The notes beneath the pieces are model-generated. The model made no database searches, had not been told where the DNA came from, and saw nothing but the letters and a program-made list of their open reading frames with translations. Below are positions 52,301 through 64,000 of a stretch of DNA of 64,000 nt, piece after piece. Both the position numbers and the translations under genes were made by a program. Every line of letters starts with the position of its first letter. Positions within the stretch are counted from its first letter, which is position 1. The stretch spans positions 2,666,001 through 2,730,000 of the forward strand of contig NC_092674.1 in NCBI RefSeq assembly GCF_964355755.1, written 5' to 3'. This DNA is from Antedon mediterranea. Lineage: Eukaryota; Animalia; Echinodermata.

Positions 52301-54319
52301 ATGAAATGCGTATTGGTTGGAGATGGTAATGTAGGAAAGTCACATATGATATTATCCTATACCAATAGAGAGTTTAACGAAACGTAAGTAGGCATAAGCC
52401 CAATTATACACCGTCTAATAAAGCTTGTTTCCCTCTAGGGTGCATGTCATGTCAGCGGCGCAACGCAGAGGCCTGGGGCCCCTGGCTTAGGAACCCAAAG
52501 TGGCCCTCCATCGCTGGAGGCCTCGGGTGTTTTTAGCCCTTTTCGACATATTTTAATTCTTGTTTTCCTCTGGACACTGCTCATGGGCCTCCCATAATAT
52601 CCGGGGCCCTCTGGGTTTAGCCAGTGAGCGCTCATAGCCGTTACGCCACTGTGTCATGTTTTAGTCCGTATAATTTTGTTGCCGTTTGTGTTTTATGTAT
52701 TTTAACACTGTATTATATTTTTATCCTTATTTTAGTTGTTTTAACTTTGAAGCTTATTCACAACCGCTGACAGTGGATGGTGTGCCCGTTGTACTGAATC
52801 TGTTTGACACGCAGGGTCAGGCTGAATATCACGAGTCACGACAAGGCCTTGCATACCCACAAGTGAGGTCTTTTGTTTTTAATTTTATAATATATTTTTT
52901 TCATTTCCAAAAGAAAAAAAAACAAGAAAAAAAGACCAAAAAGAAACGTAACGTATTGTTCAGATTGTGGAGATAAAATAGAAACAAAACAACATTTTTT
53001 GAAAAACATACACATTTAAGGATTATAAAATTATAAATATTTTCTAGAGACAATTATAGAAGGAATTAGGTCTAACATAAGTGGCATATCTATAAATAGC
53101 TTAGTCGTTACTGCCATTTTAAATCAAGACTCGATTTACTAAATTGTCTTACCGATCGTTCATTTTCAGGCAGATATCTTCCTGGTATGTTTTAGCGTAA
53201 TTTCAGAACCATCGTATGTTAATGTCACACATTGGTGTAATGAACTTAGCCGCAGTGCACCTGGAGTTCCACATTTACTTGTTGGTAAGAACAACAACGC
53301 ACACAATTGTAAAACTTGGTTCGCAAGAAGAACGTAAGCGCAGGCAACGCAAATGACCAATCACAAGTAATGGATTATTCGAACTGTCGATTGTGATTGG
53401 TCAACTCACTTGCATTTCGTCGACGTCATTTCGTTGTGTTAGTGGGAACCAAGCTTAAACTTTGATGTGTACTATTTCAATTACGTTCTTATTTCCTTAT
53501 TGACTTTTTTTCTGGCGCAACTACCTATCGTTTTAGTTTTTCATAGAAATCGTAAACCAGACAATAATATATTGTACTAACTGAATTACTAAGCCTTATG
53601 TATCCTATATTCTTTCGCCAGGTACTAAAATAGATCTCAGAGAAGATGCAGAAGTAATCAACAGATTGAAAAGAAAAGGACAAAAAGTTTACAGAAAGGA
53701 AGACGGAGAAAGACTGGCTAGCAAAATTGGTGCCGTTAAATATATGGAATGCTCTGCTCTTACACAAGAAGGCTTGGATATGGTAAGACGAGTATACATT
53801 TTTATTTTTTGGCAGAACAATTAAATCTTTATTTTTGTCACAATTTCTATTGCTTATGAATTATAATACAGTATTGACAAACTGATTGTTCCTCTCTCTC
53901 TTGAACGTTTTCCGTCATTTAGACATTACGCTTCCACGAATTGTTTCCATATTTTTCTGTTTTAGGCAGGATGGTTTGCTATTGTGCTAAAGTCTACATT
54001 TTTTTACTTTTTAAATCTTTTTTATTTGGTTTATCCAGTTTTCTTTTGGTTTTTCTTGTGGTCTTTTTACTGTCTTTTTACTGTATTTTTAGTTTTCTTC
54101 AATGATCGGTCAATATTGAGAACCAACAAATCTTTGCGACCATTGCGGACGCATGATTGCTTTTGGAAAATTGTAGAAAAAGTTATAGAAATGAAAATGT
54201 TCACAACATTATTTGTTTTTTTTTTTCAGGTTTTTGAAGAAGCTGTACGTTCTATAGTAAATCAACCTCCGCCTATAAACAACTATCACCGGAAGAATCC
54301 AGGATGTCAAATTATGTGA
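52301..54319 (+). CDS. Divergent Mtl-like Rho GTPase paralogue, 191 aa, atypical switch I/II
   Basis: Exons 52301-52383, 52736-52862, 53170-53284, 53622-53782, 54230-54319 splice in frame with the same phases as the upstream gene. GDGNVGKS, LFDTQGQAEYHESRQGLAYPQ, TKID, ECSAL, CAAX CQIM. Confidence 0.88.
52453..52651. mobile_element. hAT-type MITE
   Basis: TIR CAGCGGCGCAACG / CGTTACGCCACTG; 8-bp target duplication TGTCATGT. Confidence 0.82.
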
Positions 54320-54416
54320 TACCTACAACATCATTGTGATGGGATCAAAACGTATTTTTAGAACGTTTTTCTGCATGTTAATATTTATACGCTTTTCGTG
54401 CGTAGTGTAGAATTAA

Positions 54417-54596
54417 GCGTGGTTCCCACTAGCGACGCAACACAAGGACGTAACGCAACGCAAGTGAATTGACCAATCACAAGCGATGGCTTATTCGCTT
54501 GTGATTGCTAACTGTCTATAACTTCGCTTGTCATTGGTTAAAACGCTTGCGTTGCGTTGACGTCCTTGCGTTACGTTCTAGTGGGAACCAAGCTTT
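54417..54596. mobile_element. Palindromic MITE; relatives at ~7640, 48960, 49737, 50255, 53318, 63612
   Basis: TGGTTCCCACTAG...CTAGTGGGAACCA termini; internal GACCAATCACAAGCGA / TCGCTTGTGATTG. Confidence 0.72.
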
Positions 54597-54837
54597 AAGT
54601 CATCGAATCGTTCGAAAAGGTAACTATATTGTCGTAGGTCTGACGGAAGCAGTATTTTGTTGTTGTTAGTACAGTATTTGGTTAAGGGCTAAACATTTTA
54701 TGCAATTTTAGTGAGTGAAGACACGGTTGAGAGTTATGCACTGTAGAATGGGGAACTTATTGCATGCAGGCGAAGATTCAGAAATCTCGCATATATAGAT
54801 GTGGCGATGTATATAACACGAAATAATTTATCATTTA

Positions 54838-54869
<32 letters not shown>

Positions 54870-55063
54870 GATTTTTATAGCGCACATAGCACTCCAGAGT
54901 GCTCAAGGCGCATTTAAAAATAAAAAAGAAATAAATCATACAAATTCCTGACAAATAAAATGCAATTTCTTTGGAGGGTCCCCATCCGTTGTCGTTCTGT
55001 CGCGGTCCCGGACCCCTACCTAGGTGACCAAACAAAGGAGCAGGATACACATTTGCCTTGCCA
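54838..55063 (-). mobile_element. 3' UTR fragment of the same LINE
   Basis: Reverse complement of ~9575-9790 with (TTA)n tail. Confidence 0.75.
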
Positions 55064-55603
55064 AATAATGTATAATTTATGTAGCATTATAAAGAATATT
55101 CCATAAAAAATATGTTTGTATTCGGTGACCAGTAACCGATTTGTTGTATGATTTATGATTTATGTATAAAAAGTGTAATTCATCGCTTTAAATTCGCCGG
55201 TATGAAATGTGTAATAAATGTGTTTAATGATTTTGGTTAGAAACAACTTATCCTACATTGTTTACATAATCCACCACCCAAACACATTGACATTCGACTT
55301 TATTAACACTAGCACTGTATAAATATTCATTATCAATACAAAAAGTAAGATTCAATTCAAATTTTAAAAAGTCTACATTTTTCGCTAATACAAATGTCTA
55401 TTTTACTATCTGTCTGGGAAACATACAAGCTGATTTGCTAAACTTACTAAAACTAAACGTTTTCACTGCTGATTATAGAGACTTCATGATGGCAAGATAC
55501 GTTTGTGGTAAAAACATTATTCTGACTAAGAATGTATTTTTACGTAACAGTAGTCCAAGTATATTTCTTGGTTTTTTCAAATTAATTATTAACAATAGTT
55601 CTA

Positions 55604-58600
55604 TTAATTAATTTGTGTGGTTAGGTAAATAAAAGCCAGTAATGTCGTCATCACGGGCACCTTGATTTGGTTGCTACCGGATATGAGATACATGCATTCC
55701 TTCGCATCCACATTACTAGAACACTGCACGTACGTCAATTGCCTGTAAAGGAAACAAACTCGTATTAAACATGAAGTAGATTACACTGCACATGCGCAAA
55801 GTCCATGTCGGATACCACGACAAAGATTTATTTCGGCGCGCGCTTTCAAAGCATGATACCTGTCGCGTTAAAATGTTGAATAATGTTACATCTTTTATAC
55901 GCGTGCGTTCAGGTGTTGATAGAAATGGTACTGTCACCTTCTTTTATACGCGCGTGTTCATATGTTAATAATGGAACGATTTCAATACGCGCGCGTGCAA
56001 AAGCTGTTGATAATGTTTTTATACGAACGCGTAAACTTTATCTGAAATCGTATCATTGTACTGTATAATGCCTTATATCCAGTACGTACTTATCTACACA
56101 AAGTAGGTGCAGCACGTTTAATACATTGTATATTCCTTTGTAACGTTACACGCATACGGGAACTTGCTGGTATACTTACGCTGTATCCTCTTCACATGTG
56201 TATGGAAGTTCACGTTTGTCTAAGTCTGCTTTAAGTGTTAACAGCGAACCATCATCACAAGTCTCATGCCTTGAAATAAAACAGGTAGATGCGTACAATG
56301 TAAGATTATCTTCCACATCACGTTTGATATCATCATCACCTCCTCCTAAAGCTCTGCCTACACTATCAAACTAGTTTGACCCAATATGTGATGTGCCCAA
56401 CTATGGTAGTGATATGACATCATCATGTCCATTGAGCATATCACAATTTGTTGTCACATAAAGTTAGATAGTGTGAACAGAGCTTTAGTTCACTACTGTA
56501 CTATTACTTAACTCATGCTATGATAATGTTTAAACAACTCACTTTGGGTTTGTTTTTCCAATGTCGTGAGAAACAATTATACGAAGATTGCTGATGGAAT
56601 CTGGGTTGAGATTCGGTACCTCAATCCTTGCAAAGACGCTGAAAACAAACAAACAATATCATTAGGTATACGTTCACATTAACTTATGTCGGATACAAGC
56701 ATAAGCGTTCACATCCCATATTTTCCGTCGGTAAACATCGTAACTATGTAGCGACTGGACTTACCTGTAGTTTCGATAAGCACCATCGGCATTTGATCCC
56801 GACAAGAGGACGGCGATATTACCATTCGCTCGTGAAGCAAACTGAGAGAAAAGGGCTACACATTAGCTATTGCATGGCCTATTGGTACGGCTACTAAAGG
56901 CCAATTTACACAGACGAGCGATAACGGTAATAACAATAATATAGAATCTATGTTATTCCTTATGACCATTTGCACACAACGAGGAGCCTATGGGCGGTTT
57001 CCGCTCAGGAATATTCTCAGACAAGCAGCTATACGCAGTTTGCCGCTTACCGTTAGGCCTACTGCTTAGTGTAAATTGGCCTAAAGATTGAGGACAATTT
57101 TGTTATTTGGGATTTTTACTTACACTCTTCGAAGCAGAATCCCAGAATGTGCTCATGGGGTCATTGCAGCTTCCCCATCCTGGACACTCGGCGTAATTGA
57201 GACCACTGGATGTTGAGCCACAAAACATAAGATTGTTCATCAGATAACCAATGAGTGTATCTTCCATTGTTTTCAAGCCTGATGCCAAGGCGTAGCGATG
57301 AGCGAGAGTGTTCGTGCCTGACCAAAATAAAGGCTAGAAATACATAGGTTAAAATCATTTAAAAAATCATTGTAAGTTAATGCGATTCCCAATGAAATGC
57401 TTATAGAATTACAAGGACAGGGGCTGATCCATTACATCAGCGGAAGTTAGGGAAGCGCGCGTCGACGTGCGCTTACCACCAGCCTGAATCGCGCCTCGTA
57501 AAACCTACTCTATTCATCCATTTTTTTTAAATTTAAATAATAAACAGAAACTGAAAATACATCTTACACTATCTGCCGGAAGAACTTGTTCAATATTCGA
57601 TATAAATTGTTCAAATGCATTTTCCTCGATGGAACACGGATCCTTATTTTCAAACGCCGACAAAAACTGCGTGTACAGGTTTACACAGTCCAACCTGTAG
57701 GAAAATTTGAAGTGACGTAATAATAAATGACGTAACGATTCCAAGACAATGCAAAGTGTAATCTGATAAAAGCGATGGTATCCAAACAAAAATTGATTTC
57801 CACGTTCCTTAAAGCCCCATTCCCTACGTTTTTTAGATCTAATTTAAGATCACAAAACTATATTTAATGTAAAAATAATACTATATGGTCCTATTGCGAT
57901 AACTTTTTTCGTCTTTAAACGGTTAAAAATGTGAAAAATAAGTCGATTCTAATAATTATAGCGGCCCGCTATAAATCCCAAAATGCATTGCGCGCGGATT
58001 GATATTTTTGTTTTTCACCTGTAATTCGCCCACTTTTCGATCGATCGTGAGGCCAAAACAAATGGAAGACTCCTAACTTTTCAGCGAAAATACCGGGTTT
58101 TCCCCAATTTGTATCAACGGAGTCTGGCAAAAATAGAAAGACAATTAATGCAGCAACTATACAACGTCAGGCTAGGTATATAGCTCGCGTACGATGTTCG
58201 TACGTTACCGATGTTTACCAGCTAGGCCTACAAAACTAAGCCTAGCTAGGCTAGGCCTAAGACCGTCCAAGAGAGGTCGATCGCCGCGAGCTACTTAGGT
58301 AGTGCATTGTTTCTCACTTTTTATCATAATTTACCATAAAACGTACATTTAAGACAAGAAATGACATGGTTTAATGTTTTTAAAGTGATATATATGTATT
58401 ATTTTCTAAAAAACGTCCAAAATTGCAGGGAAGGGGTCTTTAACATATATTAATACATATAAAACACTAGCTACTAGATTTTTGTTTATAAATTAAGAAA
58501 AGTATGTTTCTTAAAACCTTTATTGACTTACGATTGACTGAAGCCTTGGTCAACCAGCCAATTGCCGTTCACAGGATAAACGCCGTGTTTGTATTCCGAA

Positions 58601-58695
58601 CACCGACCAATGAAAATGCTTTCTATATCAGGCGTAGTACCCGGATCGGCCGACGATGTAGCCACAAATACACTCACAAACAATAGGCAAAACAT
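55604..58695 (-). CDS. ADP-ribosyl cyclase / NAD glycohydrolase (CD38/BST1 family), 300 aa, signal peptide and probable GPI anchor
   Basis: Exons 58695-58532, 57694-57568, 57333-57124, 56841-56765, 56638-56543, 56269-56180, 55742-55604. GTTPDIESIFIGRC, LFWS, TMEDTLIGY (TLEDTL signature), FWDSAS, VFARIEVPNL (catalytic Glu), conserved Cys, hydrophobic tail VMTTLLAFIYL. Confidence 0.93.
56897..57083. mobile_element. Small Harbinger-like MITE in cyclase intron
   Basis: TIR AGGCCAATTTACAC / GTGTAAATTGGCCT. Confidence 0.6.
57813..58439. mobile_element. TTAA-flanked non-autonomous DNA transposon (Kolobok-like); decayed relative at ~61020-61345
   Basis: TTAA|AGCCCCATTCCCT ... AGGGAAGGGGTCT|TTAA. 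Confidence 0.65.
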
Positions 58696-60553
58696 CACTT
58701 TTATACTGAAAATAAAGAAGATGTAAAAATGATTTTCGATCGCAGTATATAACTACTCAATTCGGGAGCGGTCAGCGAACTAGTTGTGCCTATCGTTTCG
58801 TTCGCTGTTTTTATATCGAGAGACGATCATAAAATTCAAGGCTTGTTAATTTACCCTTGATTGGTATAATTTAGACAATCTGCCAAGATAAATTGGATGG
58901 TACCGTGCAGATCTCGTCGTGCTTCTCTCCTATTGTGCTTTGACGAGAACCTGCCCGAGGCACATTATAAGAACCAGTATAAAGATCGTTTGCTTATGCG
59001 GGGTATTTCAATTCACAATTGACAGTTTGATGTTTATAAATTACAGAAGATGGGCTCCGCTCACAAGCACATTCAGCGCGCATTATCATCATTCACAATG
59101 TTCTCAGTAAGAAATAGAACAAAGGGTGATAAAACAAAATACGGGCACCATACTTCGTTGCCTTGGCAACACTCCAGGCACGGCTTATAAAATGCTGTTT
59201 CTACTGGGGAGTTGTAAAATAATATTTTACAACTCCCTGATCCGACTGTGTCTCTCCCAGCAGGGACAACTATATGCGGTTTTCGCTTGCCGTTGTTACC
59301 ACCGCTCATCTGTGAAAATTGCGCAGTGGATGGAACCATAATTATACTATATGCCTACTATACTTACCTTACAGATACGCGATGCAAAAAACAGTATAAA
59401 TACACGTCCTAATGATGAATGCTCTCAATATAACTTAAGTATAGGCCTAGGCCTACTTTATCGTGCAGTAGAACTTGTGATGCTGCACTTATAAAAATTG
59501 CTCTCAGTCTCATAAAATACCAAGACGATACAAGACGTGTTAGTCTGCCCTACAACAACATGTGGTACTACGTCTATAGAATGTTTTTTTTACTTAATTG
59601 TTCGATCAACATATTGTGTGGAATGAGTCTTTGTTAAAAAATGTAAAGTTATTTCATCAACCGTAGGACCGGCTATTCATAATGTTACATGGTACTTTCA
59701 GCCTTTTTATAGCCCAGTAGAAGCCTTTGTGCGTGCGATTAGTATATGGGTTGTGATCATGCCATCAATGAATTAATTTTTGTTTCCTTTCGCTCCTTCC
59801 TATAACATAATGGGAACCAATCGGCTTTATACGAAGAAAAGCATGCTGACCTGATAACATAATAATATAATAGGCCTAAGTGGTAATAAGGTTTTCATTG
59901 ACAAATGCATATCATTAAATTAACCTGATAATAAAGAATAACTACATATTTAGCCAACGTTGCCGTCATCAACCAATGTGAAATAATAAACAAATTAATA
60001 ATACACAAGTTTTAATACAGATATATTTTATTAGGCCATTTTTCGTAACAATTTCTTTGATTTTTCAATGTTTTTTTCATTTTCATATTATGTACTTTAT
60101 CTAATTCCATTTTAATATAAGATGTTCTTTTTATGTGATAACTTTTTTATATGTGCAATATTTTGTAACATTTTACACAATTTAGCCTTTGGCTACAATG
60201 TAAATTTTCGTTTTATAGAATAAAACCATGGAGGTATAAAATAAAACCTAGAATTGAATTAAAAAACATAATACAGTATTATTATAAATAAAACGACTAA
60301 AGAAAGTAGCAAGTAGCCAATAGTTTTCTTTATTATTTGATTTAACCAAATGATAATTATAATGATTGATATTTATTGTTGAAGGAACCTTAGTCGATTA
60401 AACATTAATGATTCTTATAATTATTAAGCTTAGCCTAGATAATGTTTTAATTACTCGTAATTTAGGAAATTATGTACGCTTAATAACTTTCTTGGTTGGT
60501 GGCGCTGTTCATCATTTACTAAACCACCACATTTAGTTACAAATGTGATAAAA

Positions 60554-63500
60554 ATGGCAACATGTTTTTGTTGTTTTCGATGTTTTGGAAATTCAGGATT
60601 CAATCATGTACCACTTAAAGAAATTCCCAATGTAATGATGGATACTAAACGAATGGGTATGTTTAATTGCTCTAGCTTAACAAGGAGAAGTGTGGAATTA
60701 TGCTAGTCCTAGTGGAATCTGCGCTAATAGTAATATATAGGCGTTGTCCAAGCAAGACAAGGCTAGCACTGCACTGGCCTGGCCGGCTGCAGACACTGTT
60801 GACAATGGAATGGCAGGCCTAGCTTACAGTAGTTAGTGAAGGAAAGTGTTTGCTACTCTGATCTAGTTGCCCTCTCCAGCCTAGTGCCTAAATAGAGCAG
60901 TAGACACTTTACTTACTAGGTTTTTTTTATTTAATTAATTTATTTAGGCCTAGCCTAGGCCTAGTAGTAGCTAGGCCCTACTACTAGTAGGCCTACAGTA
61001 CACTGTGTAGGTAAGGTCACATTTTATGTAAAAATAAATACTATTTATGGGCCTATCTAATTGCGATATTTTGTTCGTCTTTAAATGTTAAAAACGTGAA
61101 AAGATAAGTTAATTATATTATTATTAATAAGCAGCCTGCTATAAATACTTGCATGCATTGCGCATGAATTGTTATTTTTCGTGTTGCTTCTGTGATGCAC
61201 CCACTTTCGGTCGATTGCGTAAGACAAAACAAATAAAACTTTAGAATCGTAACTTTTCAGTGAAAATACCAGGTCTTCCCCAATTTGTATTAACAGATTC
61301 TTCCAAAAAAGAAAGACCAACCACGCGAGGACATTCAACGTGAGTTACTTAAGTACTGCAATCAAATTTTGTATTTATACCCGAGCTCTAAATTAGCTAT
61401 CGTTAATTAATTATTGATATCTACTTTACTAAAAAGGTTCTCACCTTTTTCCACTGTATCTGATGTTGTACTATGAATAACCAGCCCTTGTAGTAGAAAA
61501 ACATAATGACCATATAACTGGGAATTTATCTATTATCACATCAGATCGGTGACTAGTGACTATATACTAGACCACTTGAAGTCATGTGACATGTTTTTAT
61601 GTTTAGTAATTGGCGACAACAGAATGTTAATGATATTGATCTTTGACCCTTCGATATATTTTGAAAGTTAAGAACTGTTTTTAACATGTGTTGTAAAAGT
61701 AGGCAGTAATACTTAAATTAACAAACTAGACTTCTTTTGATAAGGTTGTCTGTTAATACTCACTATCCAGTGTATTTAAACACTTTACCTTTTTACTATC
61801 AAATACTTTATTATTTCAAACAGACCAGGTATATTTATAGTAAGCAAATGTGTAGGGTTCAATTTTCCATTTCCTGTTGTTGAAACTTATCAGCAATCAT
61901 AAGTAAAATGAATCTCCATTATATGAAAAAAAATGGCAAAATCAGCACTGTGGTCATGTTACAAGAGTTGTCAAAACAATATAGATTATCTGATAAAAAT
62001 CTAGAAAGTAGTAAGCCTTTTGTCAATTTTCCCCTGACTGAAAGTCTATCAATTCATATTTAGAAATAATTAATATGAAAAATCAGTGACCAGAATTATA
62101 CTGTAGACTTGCAATGGTTTTGTGTTAAAAAGTGAATTAAACAGATTTTTAAATTTAACAATTCATTACTGCACATTTTTTTTCATGTTGGATTCAGGCA
62201 CAGATGTCGTAATTGTAAAAGCCGGCAGACGAATATGTGGTTCCGGAGCCGCCCTGGGAAACGCACCAATAGTTCAAGATAAATCATACTTTGAGATTAA
62301 AATACAATCAACAGGTAGGAATAATGAAACATGGAAACGTTGATTATTTTATGCTATACCCTACACCAATCTTGCTTGTATTTTTGTGTTCTATTTTATC
62401 TGTTTTTTAACCAAAATTTAACCTTTTTAACTCATTTTTATGTGAATTTTTAACTTTAAAGAAACAAAAATAATTTAAAAAACAATGTACTGTATTATAT
62501 TTTACTGTGTGTGACCATGAAAAAATGAAATGAGAAATTGAAATGTACTGGTATCAGGATGATAAAACACTTTAATTACTTACTCAGTATATTGCAGTGT
62601 GAGTCATTATCATGCCTTTTGCAGGTGTTTGGGGTATTGGTCTCGCTACCAGGAAGTGCAATCTTAATTCTTTACCATTTGGTATGGATACAGAAAGTTG
62701 GGTGCTGAGGTCAGACGGCTCGGCTTACCATAATGGCGAACTTAGACACAAACTTGCAGTTGAAATACAAGAGGGCGATATTATAGTGAGTTGTAAGAGG
62801 ATTGGTGAATACTTCAGGTGGTGACAGGAAGGGTACTTATCATTACTGCCATAATAAAAGTCACACTACAAGAAATAACCCAAGTTACAGACAAAAAAAT
62901 GTTATATAGAAATGAGTGATTTGTCTTTTAATTGATTTGATGTAATTTATATAAATTGTTGATTTGTATTAGTGATAGTTATGTTAGCTAAGTGTTTCTT
63001 TTATAATTTTATATTTTTAAAACACTTTTTAGGAGGAACTTACTAAAAAACAACTTAAGTTTCTGTTTTAGATCAAAGCGTATTGCTTATTAATGTATTC
63101 TTACAGAGAGCAATTTTTGGATGACATTTTTTGAAAATGTCTTTACATTTTTGATAAAATGTATATATGTATACAGTATCTATGTCTAATATTAATAATA
63201 TTGAAAATAATATCAAGTTTTTTTTGCATAAAGTGGAGTAATAACGGTTTGTTTTCAGGGTGTAACGTATGATCACGTTGAGATGAACCTGTATTGGAAT
63301 GGCAACTCATTACAGTGTCCATTTGATGGCATACGGGGAACAGTGTATCCACTTATATATGGTATAGTTTTTATAAATTCCATCTGTAACAAAATATACA
63401 GGGAATTGTATACATTTTCATCAAGGCAATCTAACAACAGGACACTGAGCTCGCCTTTCCAAGAGAGGAACTCGTAACAGTCCTTTGATCTTATGATTGG

Positions 63501-63993
63501 CTGCAACACATTTTCTATGTTATTCTCCAGGTTCTACTAACCAAACGTTTGAGGCGGAAGCCAATTGGAACTGATCATGTTGCAACCACACATAAAACCT
63601 TTGATCTAAAGATTGGTTCCAACTAGAACGTAACGCAAGGACGTAAACGCAACGCAAGCATTTTAACCAATGACAAGCGAAGTTTCAGACAGTTAGCAAT
63701 CACAAGGGAAAAAGCCATCGCTTGTGATTGGTCAATTCACTAGCGTTGCGTTGCTTAACAGAAGTCAGCATCCTGTTGTTAGATTGTCTTGCTTTCATAC
63801 TAACCCACTGTCTAATGTTGTATCGCACAGTTGTATATACAAATCCTCCGCTTATGTCATAGTACAGTACTATTGAATGCTATTTTTTCTTCTAGTGGAT
63901 GAAGGTGCAATAATTGATGTGCAGTTTAGTGAGTTTTATCATCAACCTCCAAATGGCTTTGACAAAATCATGTTTGAACAATCGTTGCTGTAA
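60554..63993 (+). CDS. SPRYD7: SPRY domain-containing protein 7, 193 aa
   Basis: Exons 60554-60656, 62198-62314, 62625-62785, 63259-63361, 63896-63993. Cys-rich N-terminus MATCFCCFRCF, MGTDVVIVKAGRRICGSG, QDKSYFEIKIQSTGVWGIGLAT, YDHVEMN, GIRGTVYP, PPNGFDKIMFEQSLL. Confidence 0.95.
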
Positions 63994-64000
63994 CACCATA

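Noticed and set aside
52301-58695. Functional link between the switch-altered GTPase and the adjacent ADP-ribosyl cyclase
   Set aside because: The cyclase is a secretory-pathway enzyme unrelated to C3-type Rho ADP-ribosyltransferases; adjacency alone is not evidence in an animal genome.

Overview
AT-rich, intron-rich animal genomic DNA; gene content suggests an invertebrate deuterostome such as an echinoderm (inference). Splice sites and exon phases were traced by hand. Genes: (1) the 5' part of an adhesion GPCR on the minus strand (signal peptide, unrecognised ~160-aa domain, TTTVRP mucin stalk plus HYR, GAIN/GPS, TM1; it runs off the window start). Upstream lies a ~10-kb array of further phase-1 ectodomain cassettes with a second signal-peptide exon and one dead exon. 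(2) A Rac-related Mtl/MIG-2-type Rho GTPase. (3) A tandem, intact paralogue of it whose switch I and II are rewritten, partly by splice-site movement. (4) A CD38/BST1-family ADP-ribosyl cyclase with a probable GPI signal. (5) SPRYD7. Non-coding content: several minimal hammerhead ribozymes in Penelope-like fragments (one has expanded into two satellites), a 6.3-kb 56-mer/17-mer satellite, Helentron-type, Harbinger, hAT, Academ-like and Kolobok-like elements, a solo LTR, SINE and LINE fragments, and a tRNA-like gene split by a MITE. No CRISPR array. No database searches were possible, so family calls rest on recognised motifs.
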